From positions 1 to 20,145 of the forward strand of contig DXZC01000024.1 of NCBI GenBank assembly GCA_019415505.1: a stretch of DNA of 20,145 bases, in the 5' to 3' direction. A program made the translations under genes and the position numbers. Origin of the DNA: Peptococcaceae bacterium (GTDB taxonomy: Bacteria > Bacillota > Dehalobacteriia > UBA7702). The notes below the pieces were generated by a model. It searched no databases and was not told the DNA's origin. It saw only the letters and a list, made by a program, of their open reading frames with translations. This document shows positions 9,464 to 16,167 of this stretch, in pieces; within the stretch, counting starts at the first letter, position 1, and each line of letters begins with the position of its first letter.

Positions 9464-10179
9464 TGAAATATTACCCGGTTGAAGCCCTGATAATTAAGGC
9501 TCTGGATTATGGTGAGAGCCATAGAATATTTACTTTATTCAGTAAAGAGCAGGGTAAATTTGCCGCCATAGCACGGGGCGTGAAAAAGCCAAAAAGCGCC
9601 TTAAAGGGGCATTTACAGTTAGGTAACCGCTGTGATTTTCTTTTATATCATGGCCGCGGTCTGGACACTATATCCCAGGCGGTGGCTAAAGATTCCTATC
9701 CCCATATCAGAGAAAATCCCAGGTCTTACCTTTACGCCTCATATTTTATGGAACTGCTCAATATATCCTTACCGGAAAGAGAAGCTGAGGCGGAAATTTT
9801 TTCCCTGGCTTGCCAGGTTTTCCAGGCTTTGGCTTATATTTCCCCGCCTACCTTAGCCCGATATTTTGAGTTAAGGCTCTTGGCGGCTCTCGGTTATGAT
9901 AGCGATTTTAAGCATTGCGCTGCCTGTGGCGGTGAACTAAAGGAGGGTTTCCTTTCGCCGCGTTTTCCCGGTGTAATTTGTGAAAAATGCGGCAGCGGCT
10001 ACCCTGTTTCCCCTCAAGCCTTATATGCCCTGAACTACTATCGGGGTAACGATTTAGAGACCTTGGAGCGTCTTAAAATTAGTTCGGAGACAGCGCGTCA
10101 GGCGTCTAACGCCACCAAGCACCTGCTTACCTACAACTTGGAGAAAAAGATTAAATCCCGTGATATCCTAGGGGAATAA
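9463..10179 (+). CDS. recO: DNA repair protein RecO
   Basis: 238 aa with an N-terminal OB-fold region (EALIIKALDYGESHRIFTLFSKEQGK) and a Cys4 zinc motif (CAACGG...CEKCG). The ATG overlaps the mgtE stop. era-recO linkage is conserved in Firmicutes. Confidence 0.9.
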   Translation: MKYYPVEALIIKALDYGESHRIFTLFSKEQGKFAAIARGVKKPKSALKGHLQLGNRCDFLLYHGRGLDTISQAVAKDSYPHIRENPRSYLYASYFMELLNISLPEREAEAEIFSLACQVFQALAYISPPTLARYFELRLLAALGYDSDFKHCAACGGELKEGFLSPRFPGVICEKCGSGYPVSPQALYALNYYRGNDLETLERLKISSETARQASNATKHLLTYNLEKKIKSRDILGE

Positions 10180-10191
10180 CTTGTTTTCTAT

Positions 10192-10228
10192 AGGGCGGTT
10201 TTTCGTTTTCCTCGCCCTTGTCTTTTCA
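10192..10228 (+). terminator. Weak candidate intrinsic terminator after recO
   Basis: AGGGCG (10192-10197) pairs with CGCCCT (10213-10218), followed by TGTCTTTT. The 15-nt loop is large, so confidence is low. Confidence 0.3.
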
Positions 10229-10325
10229 ATACCATGTTGGGTTCTTGAAAGCTTTACTCCGGAAGGATAAATTGGGCGTTTATGGTTAAACGTGGGTTAG
10301 CTTTGCAGGTAAATAGCAACGGCTG

Positions 10326-10401
10326 GTAGCTGTGCTACCTATAAATTTTCCTACTGTCTAGTTGTAGCTGCGCTGTTTATAAATTAATCCACTATCTAGA
10401 T
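10326..10401. repeat. Two tandem imperfect 38-bp repeat units in a non-coding gap
   Basis: Unit A (10326-10363) is gtagctgtgctacctataaattttcctactgtctagtt. Unit B (10364-10401) is gtagctgcgctgtttataaattaatccactatctagat. They match at 28/38 positions by hand alignment. Unit A starts inside a perfect hairpin GGTAGC-TGT-GCTACC (10325-10339). Confidence 0.6.
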
Positions 10402-10575
10402 ACCTTTAATTGCTAGAAAGGATTACTGGTGGGATTTATTTATACTTTTAGCAACGGCATTTTTTAATAGTTACTGCGGCGGAGATGGGGTATTTGATAG
10501 TTTCCGGCCCTGCTAAAGGAAAAACTACCGTAGCTTTAACTGCTGACATTTAGCGTTATATAATAATTTATCGTA

Positions 10576-10620
10576 GAAGAAAAAGCCGCCGCACCGTATA
10601 ATACGGCGCAGCGGCTTTTC
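10576..10620 (-). terminator. Rho-independent terminator of the mttB-permease operon (bidirectional architecture)
   Basis: A GC-rich hairpin GCCGCCGCACCG / CGGCGCAGCGGC (10585-10615, 2 mismatches) lies 25 nt after the permease stop. On the minus-strand transcript it is followed by TTTTTCTTCT. A4 and T4 flank it on the plus strand. Confidence 0.7.
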
Positions 10621-10639
10621 AGCGGTTACCTGGGGGTGG

Positions 10640-11593
10640 TTAGAGGCTTTTGGCAGCTTGCTGGGTCGGTTGATTATCCTCCCTTGTTTTCTGTTCTTTG
10701 CGTTCAATTAGCTGTAGCCAAGCTAAGGCGGCAATTACCACACCCATACCCAGTATTTGTATGAGGGACAAGGGCTGTCCTAGGACAAAATATCCCAGTA
10801 TAGCGGCAACTATAGGGTCTAAACTGTACATAATCACTACCAAAGGTGCTTCCAGGTTGGCAAAGGCTCTTAGGAGGAAGAAGTAGCTGCCTACCATGGG
10901 AATGAGACCTAAGCCCAATAGGGCTATAATAGATACTGCGCCATGATGTGACACGCTAACCGCTATTTCCGCAGCAATACCCCAGGGCGGCATTAAAAAG
11001 GAGAGGGCGACAATGGCAACTAGATTGGTCCAAAAGAGATAAGCGTCATAATCGTAACCTTCGCCTACGGCGTAATTGCAGAGGCTGTAACCTACGGCAA
11101 AGGCCACAATCACCGTTATCATCCACAGTAAGCCGGGAATGGTGATAGATAGGGTAGTCCAGACCTGTAGAATCAAAACTATACCGAATATGGCTACAAT
11201 ACCGGAGATTATTTTGGCCGGGGTTATCTTATTTTTCCAGACCACACGGGCTATAACCACAACTAAAAAGTAATTCAAAAAAGTTAGCACTGAAGCCACA
11301 GCTACCGGCGTGCCGGCGGTTATACCCTTGGCGTAGCACCAGTTAGAGCCAATAACCCCCACTAAACCAACTGCCAGATAAATTATGATACCTTTTTTAT
11401 TTAGCTTCAGTCCCGATGGATTCTTGACCAGGGCGCAAATGAGAAAGAACAATACCATTACAGCCGGGCCGCAAATGGCGATAGTGGTTTCCGAATAACC
11501 CATATTGCTGAGTATTGCCACAAAGGTACCGTAGGTTCCCCAGCAGATCCCAGCTAAGGCGGCGTAAATGATTCCCATTACAGATTTGCTCAT
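10640..11593 (-). CDS. DMT-superfamily permease (EamA-like, about 10 TM)
   Basis: 317 aa, almost entirely hydrophobic helices in two EamA-like halves with a hydrophilic C-tail. SD GGAAAGAAGG lies 7 nt before the ATG. It sits 58 nt downstream of mttB with no intervening terminator, so it is likely co-transcribed. Confidence 0.85.
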   Translation of the reverse strand: MSKSVMGIIYAALAGICWGTYGTFVAILSNMGYSETTIAICGPAVMVLFFLICALVKNPSGLKLNKKGIIIYLAVGLVGVIGSNWCYAKGITAGTPVAVASVLTFLNYFLVVVIARVVWKNKITPAKIISGIVAIFGIVLILQVWTTLSITIPGLLWMITVIVAFAVGYSLCNYAVGEGYDYDAYLFWTNLVAIVALSFLMPPWGIAAEIAVSVSHHGAVSIIALLGLGLIPMVGSYFFLLRAFANLEAPLVVIMYSLDPIVAAILGYFVLGQPLSLIQILGMGVVIAALAWLQLIERKEQKTREDNQPTQQAAKSL

Positions 11594-11651
11594 AATATAA
11601 CCTTCTTTCCTTGAGGTTAATTCTTCTGTTTAATTCATTAATTCAGCCTTT

Positions 11652-13115
11652 TTAGGTTAATGCAGCATCCGCGGCCTTTACGATGTTCGCAATTTCGGTC
11701 AACTGTTCATCTGACAGTATTTTGGGATAATGTGTTTCCAAAATACGGCGGGCTTCTGCGTTAGCGGCCTGAGACAGATCCATGGCGCCGTTCTGGAGCC
11801 ATTCCTCCCTGGTACATCTGTTCATGATACGAGGGCAGGACTGCAAGTTCCTGAAGTTTTCAAAGGTGTGTTGGGCGCCCAGGTATTCGCCTTTAATGCC
11901 CACTTCCTTAATGAGGTCAACCGCCAAGGTTTCGTCATTGACGGGAATACCCCCTAATACTGTTTGCATCATGCGTATAAAATCCGCATCGGCAACTATT
12001 TGCCCTAAATCCATGGTTAAGCCGCTTTCCAGCATGCCCGGGCCGTATATCATGTTGGCTCCTGCCAACATGGGGAGCATAGCTGTAATGCTTTTTTCGT
12101 AACCTGCTTGCAGGTCTGGCGCCTTACTGTCTGTCTAGGTACCGGCTACTAGGGTGGGTAACTTATACAGCCGGGCAATGGCGGCAATGCCGGCGCTGAT
12201 TAGACCCAACTCCGGACAACCCACCATGGCGGCGGCGTTGTGCCTCATATCCAAAGTGCCGGTGGAGCTGCCGTAGATAAAAGGCGCACCCTTGCGGACA
12301 ATTTGGGACAGGGTTAAGGCCGCTAATATTTCGGCGTTAGCTACCACCAAGCAACCTGCCAGGGTAACTGGGGCCATACCACCGGACATAGCCATGGTTA
12401 GAATCATCGCCGGAATATTGTATTTTGCCGCTGTTATGGTGGCGGCTACAGTGCTGTCGGGAATTGACAGGGGGCTAATGGTACAGCCGCCCAACATCAT
12501 AAGGGGCCGTTCCTGCAAGTTATGGTAGCCGCCGGCGGCCGCGGCCCCCATTTGCATGAGAGCCTCCGCTGTTTGTTTATTTTCCGGACTGGCTAAGGCC
12601 GGCTTTTGTGAATTGGTTAAATGGGCTTCAAACCCATGTAAACAGGCTGTTGCCTCTGGGACGTCACGAGCCACCATGGTATCAAAGAGAAAGTCGTATT
12701 CAGCTAGATAATCCACCAGGCGGGAGCAGTCGGCAATATCCTGTTTCGTGGTTTCTCGCAGTTTGCCGGTTTTAAGGTCATGGATAAATATGCCTAAACC
12801 AAAGGGACAGACATAAACCCGGCCATCCTCCAGAATTATGTCGTATTCGGGGCTTTTACCCGCTAAAAATACGCTGGCAGGGGCTGAAGCAATGGCGCTC
12901 TCTACTAAATGGGCGGGAATCTTTACAGTATCCTTTGCCACATAAGCCCCTGCTTCAGCAAAGTAGTTTAAGGCTTCTTTGTCGTTGACTTGCACACCGG
13001 TATAGCGTAACACCTCCAGAGTTGCCAGATGAATATGCTGTAAATCATCCTGGGAAAATAATTGCAACGCCGCACCGGTAAAATTGTTGTAACCGGCATT
13101 TTTTCTCCTAAGCAT
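11652..13115 (-). CDS. mttB: MttB-family trimethylamine:corrinoid methyltransferase with an in-frame UAG (predicted pyrrolysine at codon 327 of 487)
   Basis: ORFs 12135..13115 and 11652..12080 are in the same frame. They are separated by only TAG plus 18 sense codons (TDSKAPDLQAGYEKSITA). The context ...LPTLVAGT-[UAG]-TDSKAPDLQAGYEK...LAGANMIYGPGMLE... matches my recollection of the Methanosarcina MttB pyrrolysine region (...VAGS-O-SDAK...QAGHEK...LAGAN.IYG.GMLE). Total length and UAG position agree with archaeal MttB, which I recall as about 495 aa with Pyl near residue 334. Strong SD AAGGAGGG lies 5 nt before the ATG at 13115. Confidence 0.85.
12135..12137 (-). other. In-frame amber codon (candidate pyrrolysine codon)
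   Basis: Plus-strand cta is minus-strand TAG. It is the only stop in the 1464-nt reading frame before the terminal TAA at 11652-11654. Confidence 0.8.
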
Positions 13116-13170
13116 AATAACCCTCCTTAACTTTTAGTTAATGTAAAATTGTGTCTTTTCCCTTTATTAA

Positions 13171-13186
13171 AGCAAATACCATGCCA
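13171..13186 (-). promoter_or_regulatory. Sigma-54 (-24/-12) promoter of mttB
   Basis: The minus strand reads TGGCATGGTATTTGCT, against the consensus TGGCACG-N4-TTGCW. There is one mismatch and exact GG-to-GC spacing. It lies about 55-70 nt upstream of the mttB ATG and faces a divergent sigma-54 activator gene. Confidence 0.75.
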
Positions 13187-13250
13187 CAGGATTCGACGGA
13201 AAAAATGCCTGTACAGAGTTGTTGCACTACTTTGACGGCCTATTTTTGAC

Positions 13251-13342
13251 AAATTATATTTTACAGACTTGGGGGAAAGTTACCAAAAGACCACCAAGCT
13301 TTGTAAAAATAAAATTTAATTATTGTTAAATTATATTTTACA
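13251..13342. promoter_or_regulatory. Candidate enhancer (UAS) repeats for the sigma-54 activator
   Basis: A perfect 15-bp direct repeat AAATTATATTTTACA occurs at 13251-13265 and 13328-13342. An inverted related element TGTAAAAATAAAATTT lies at 13302-13317. These sit about 65-155 bp upstream of the -24 element, the usual enhancer distance. Confidence 0.45.
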
Positions 13343-13451
13343 AATAACATTTTTCTTAACATAGAGCAAAAAATCTATATTATTATAATTTCATCTTTAC
13401 AAGCAACCGGATAAATTATAATATTAAAGTTGAGAGAGGTGGAAAAAATCT

Positions 13452-14900
13452 ATGAAAAAAGAAGATATGTTATTGCAGCTTAAGGAGTTAAAAAAAGAAA
13501 ACAAGGTTTTACGTTTTGCCTTGGATAATATCCATGAGGGTGTGTTAATTACAGATGAGAAGGATGTTATCGTTGTTTACAATAAGGAGGTGGAAAAAAC
13601 CGAAGGAATAGCCAGAGAAAAAATGTTGGGCCGAGTGGAAAAAGAAGCTTATGGCAATATTTATAATTATAATTTTGACCAGCTTTTTACCAAGGCGGTA
13701 CGGAAGTCCGGCGAGGCGATTATTGGCGCTTACCATGAATATGATTTAGGGCGAGGCAACAAAACTGCCATTTTATTTGATGTAAAGCCCGTGGTAGACA
13801 AGGATAAGGTGATTGCGGTATGCACCATTGGCCGCAATATTAACCAAATAAAGGAATTTATTGTCGATACCTTGGAAACCCAGCAGAAATTTAACCGCCA
13901 GCTTGGTAAGGAAATATCGGGGGCCAAATATTTCTTTGAGGATATCATTGGCGAGAGCGCAACAATGAAGCGTTTAATTGCCCAAGCTAAAAAGGTGGCC
14001 TTGCGGGACTCGCCCATTTTAATTTATGGGGAAACCGGAACCGGCAAAGAATTGCTGGGCAGCAGCATACATAATCATAGCTTATATTGCGACGGTCCCT
14101 TTGTCACATTAAATTGCGCCGCCATTCCCGAAGCCTTGCTGGAGAGTATTTTATTCGGGGTGGCCAAGGGCTCTTATACCGGGGCGGTAGAAGGGGCGGG
14201 GTTATTCGAGCAAGCCAATAACGGCACTTTATTTTTAGATGAAATAAACTCTATGCCCCTTAATTTACAGGCTAAGTTACTTCGGGCCGTGCAAGAAAAA
14301 CGAGTGCGGCGGCTGGGCGGCAGCAAGGAGATACCGGTGAATTGTCGCATAATTAGCGCCTGCAACCAAAGCCCCCAGGAGATGCTACATTCCAATGTAA
14401 TACGGGAGGATTTATTCTTCCGTTTAGCCACCGTAGAATTGACTATTCCACCCCTGCGAGAGCATAAAGAGGATTTGGAATACTTAATTGGTTACTTTTT
14501 ACAAAAGTGTAATATCCGTTTTGGCCTCTTTGTGGAGGATATTTCCCAGAATTTGAAGGAGTTATTGCATCAATATGATTGGCCCGGCAATGTACGGGAA
14601 TTAGAAAATTTTATTGAAAGTTCTATGAACCTGGTAGAAGCCAGGGAGCGAGTTCTCGCTTTGCGGCATCTTTCCGATTATTTCCGCGATAAGTTCAACA
14701 GTATGGAGGCTAATTCAAATTGCCATCATAATTTGGGCCAAGAAATCAAAGATAAAATGAGGGCGTACGAAAGAAATCTCTATAAAGGTTTATTAATTAA
14801 ATATAATTACGGTATTGCTAATTTGGCTAAGGACTTAGGTATGACTCGGCAGAATGTTTACATTCGTTTGAAAAAGCTGGGTATTCAGTTACCACAATGA
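13452..14900 (+). CDS. Sigma-54-dependent transcriptional activator (PAS sensor, AAA+ domain, C-terminal Fis-type HTH)
   Basis: 482 aa with an N-terminal PAS-like region (LDNIHEGVLITDEKDVIVVYNKEVEKTEGI). It has Walker A GETGTGKE, Walker B LFLDEI, a GAFTGA-loop variant GSYTGA, and ...RLGGSKEIPVNCRIISA...REDLFFRL... The C-terminal HTH reads IANLAKDLGMTRQNVYIRLKKLG. Confidence 0.9.
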   Translation: MKKEDMLLQLKELKKENKVLRFALDNIHEGVLITDEKDVIVVYNKEVEKTEGIAREKMLGRVEKEAYGNIYNYNFDQLFTKAVRKSGEAIIGAYHEYDLGRGNKTAILFDVKPVVDKDKVIAVCTIGRNINQIKEFIVDTLETQQKFNRQLGKEISGAKYFFEDIIGESATMKRLIAQAKKVALRDSPILIYGETGTGKELLGSSIHNHSLYCDGPFVTLNCAAIPEALLESILFGVAKGSYTGAVEGAGLFEQANNGTLFLDEINSMPLNLQAKLLRAVQEKRVRRLGGSKEIPVNCRIISACNQSPQEMLHSNVIREDLFFRLATVELTIPPLREHKEDLEYLIGYFLQKCNIRFGLFVEDISQNLKELLHQYDWPGNVRELENFIESSMNLVEARERVLALRHLSDYFRDKFNSMEANSNCHHNLGQEIKDKMRAYERNLYKGLLIKYNYGIANLAKDLGMTRQNVYIRLKKLGIQLPQ

Positions 14901-14927
14901 AGACAGTAAGAACGCTAAGTAGAAGAT

Positions 14928-14966
14928 AAAGGTTCAGAGGAAACAACCTCTGAACCTTTATTTTAA
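14928..14966 (+). terminator. Rho-independent terminator after the sigma-54 activator gene
   Basis: A perfect 13-bp stem AAAGGTTCAGAGG / CCTCTGAACCTTT with loop AAACAA, followed by ATTTTAATTT. Confidence 0.8.
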
Positions 14967-15099
14967 TTTGTTAAGTGGCTGGTGGCAGCAGTATAGCTTG
15001 GCCTCTAGGATGTGGCGTTTAGCTCTGTTTGCCGCCGATTTTTCCCGACCAGAACGAAAAACCAACCACAGCGGCCCAGGTGGGTTTTGGCGGACATAT

Positions 15100-15166
15100 T
15101 GTCGAAAGATTCTTCCATGTTTACTTGCCGTTCTCGACAATTATCTTGGCTGCCAGGAACTATAAT
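15100..15166 (+). promoter_or_regulatory. spoIIG-type promoter with Spo0A boxes and an over-long spacer
   Basis: A perfect 0A box TGTCGAA lies at 15100-15106. An inverted near-box (minus strand TGTCGAG, 15133-15139) overlaps a -35-like TCGACA (15134-15139). After a 21-nt spacer comes TATAAT (15161-15166), about 90 nt upstream of spoIIGA. Confidence 0.6.
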
Positions 15167-15258
15167 ATGTACATGGATTGATGTTACCTCAACCTGAGTT
15201 ACTTATATTTATATGGCCGGGGTCAGGTGGAGGGCTAGAAAAAAGGGGTTGAAGCGCC

Positions 15259-16146
15259 ATGACGTCTTATGTAGTATACGGTGATTTACTGTTTTTAATG
15301 AATTTACTCATGGATTTTACACTCCTCTATGGCGTGGCCCGTTTTGGCAATTTCCCAACCAGGTTATTGCGGCTATTTTTGGCCTCCTTGTTAGCGGCCT
15401 TTTATGGGGTGGCGGCAGTTTATCCCCAGTACGCGGTATTAAACGGTATATTTTGTAAGACCTTAGCTTCCCTTGCCATTGTAAAATTGGCTTTTTGGTC
15501 CTGCCAGGGTAAAAAGTATCTCCGGGCAGTGGCTTATTTTTATCTTTTAAGCTTCCTAATGGCCGGGGCTGTAATGGGGGTAACTTGGTTCTTTAATGAA
15601 AAGGGCTGGTCCGGCCAAGTTATGTCCTTCACCGCTATGGCTTTGGCTTTCGCCGTGCTCTTGGCCTTAATGCTATCTCGCTGGGGCATGGCTTATGTAA
15701 AGGGTAACCTCCGGCGCAATGAGGGCAGTGAGGAAATAGAAATTTGTTTAGGCGGTAAGTCCGTGCGGGTTAGCGCCTTATTGGATACAGGTAATGAGCT
15801 GTTGGACCCTGTAACTAGGTGTCCAGTGGCTGTAGTGGAGTTTGAGGCTCTTAAACCCTTGCTGCCCCTGGACTTTGCCGATTCTTTCCGGGGCCAGACC
15901 GATGTTGGCGGTATTCTCAGCAAGTTTATAGATACGCCCCTTGGTAAGCGAATGCGCCTTATTCCCTTTTCCAGCATTGGTAAACGCAACGGTATGCTGT
16001 TAGGGGTTAGGCCCGACTGTATTAGGTTACCGCAAAGAAAAGGCGCTGTAGTGGAAAATGCCGTGGTTTGTTTGTACAAAGGCTCCCTCCATACCAGAGA
16101 GTCCTGCCGCTGTATTGTTAATCCCGCTATTTTGGATTCCCTATAA
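15259..16146 (+). CDS. spoIIGA: Sigma-E processing peptidase SpoIIGA
   Basis: 295 aa with an N-terminal multi-TM region and a C-terminal aspartic protease motif LLDTGNEL. It sits immediately upstream of pro-sigma-E. Confidence 0.9.
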   Translation: MTSYVVYGDLLFLMNLLMDFTLLYGVARFGNFPTRLLRLFLASLLAAFYGVAAVYPQYAVLNGIFCKTLASLAIVKLAFWSCQGKKYLRAVAYFYLLSFLMAGAVMGVTWFFNEKGWSGQVMSFTAMALAFAVLLALMLSRWGMAYVKGNLRRNEGSEEIEICLGGKSVRVSALLDTGNELLDPVTRCPVAVVEFEALKPLLPLDFADSFRGQTDVGGILSKFIDTPLGKRMRLIPFSSIGKRNGMLLGVRPDCIRLPQRKGAVVENAVVCLYKGSLHTRESCRCIVNPAILDSL

Positions 16147-16167
16147 AGATAAACAGGAGGAAAAACC

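Noticed and set aside
5183-9856. Nested same-strand alternative-frame ORFs (5183..5377, 9064..9288, 9632..9856, 123..317).
   Set aside because: They are fully contained in conserved genes (ybeY, mgtE, recO, yqfC) in another frame. They have no SD and non-protein-like composition.
10448-10549. 33-codon minus-strand ORF (MSAVKATVVFPLAGPETIKYPISAAVTIKKCRC) just beyond the permease terminator.
   Set aside because: It has no recognisable SD or promoter and no family resemblance I can name. It could be a gene fragment, but the evidence is insufficient to call it.
10180-10575. Possible pylT (tRNA-Pyl, CUA anticodon) or another tRNA hidden in the long non-coding gaps (also 14967-15258).
   Set aside because: I could not build a cloverleaf. 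There is no T-loop-like GTTCRA box, no acceptor-stem complementarity, and no CTCTAAA-type anticodon loop. The hairpin at 10325-10339 is isolated.
11652-13115. Annotating 12135..13115 and 11652..12080 as two separate genes, or as a nonsense-mutated pseudogene.
   Set aside because: Both pieces are in one frame with only a TAG and 18 sense codons between them. The second piece has no SD of its own. The TAG sits in the sequence context I recall for the MttB pyrrolysine site, and the 160 codons after it show no decay. Read-through as Pyl is the better model, although it needs pyl genes elsewhere in the genome.
15057-15090. Hairpin AAAACCAACC...GGTGGGTTTT as an extra terminator upstream of spoIIGA.
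   Set aside because: The GC core is only 6 bp with an internal mismatch and an 11-nt loop. A strong terminator already exists at 14928-14966.
14958-15197. Three overlapping 60-65 aa ORFs in the spoIIGA upstream region (14968..15165 +, 15012..15197 +, 14958..15140 -).
   Set aside because: None has an SD, their compositions are implausible (W/R/C/P-rich), and they overlap each other. The region is better explained as the Spo0A-dependent spoIIG promoter plus spacer or rearrangement scar.
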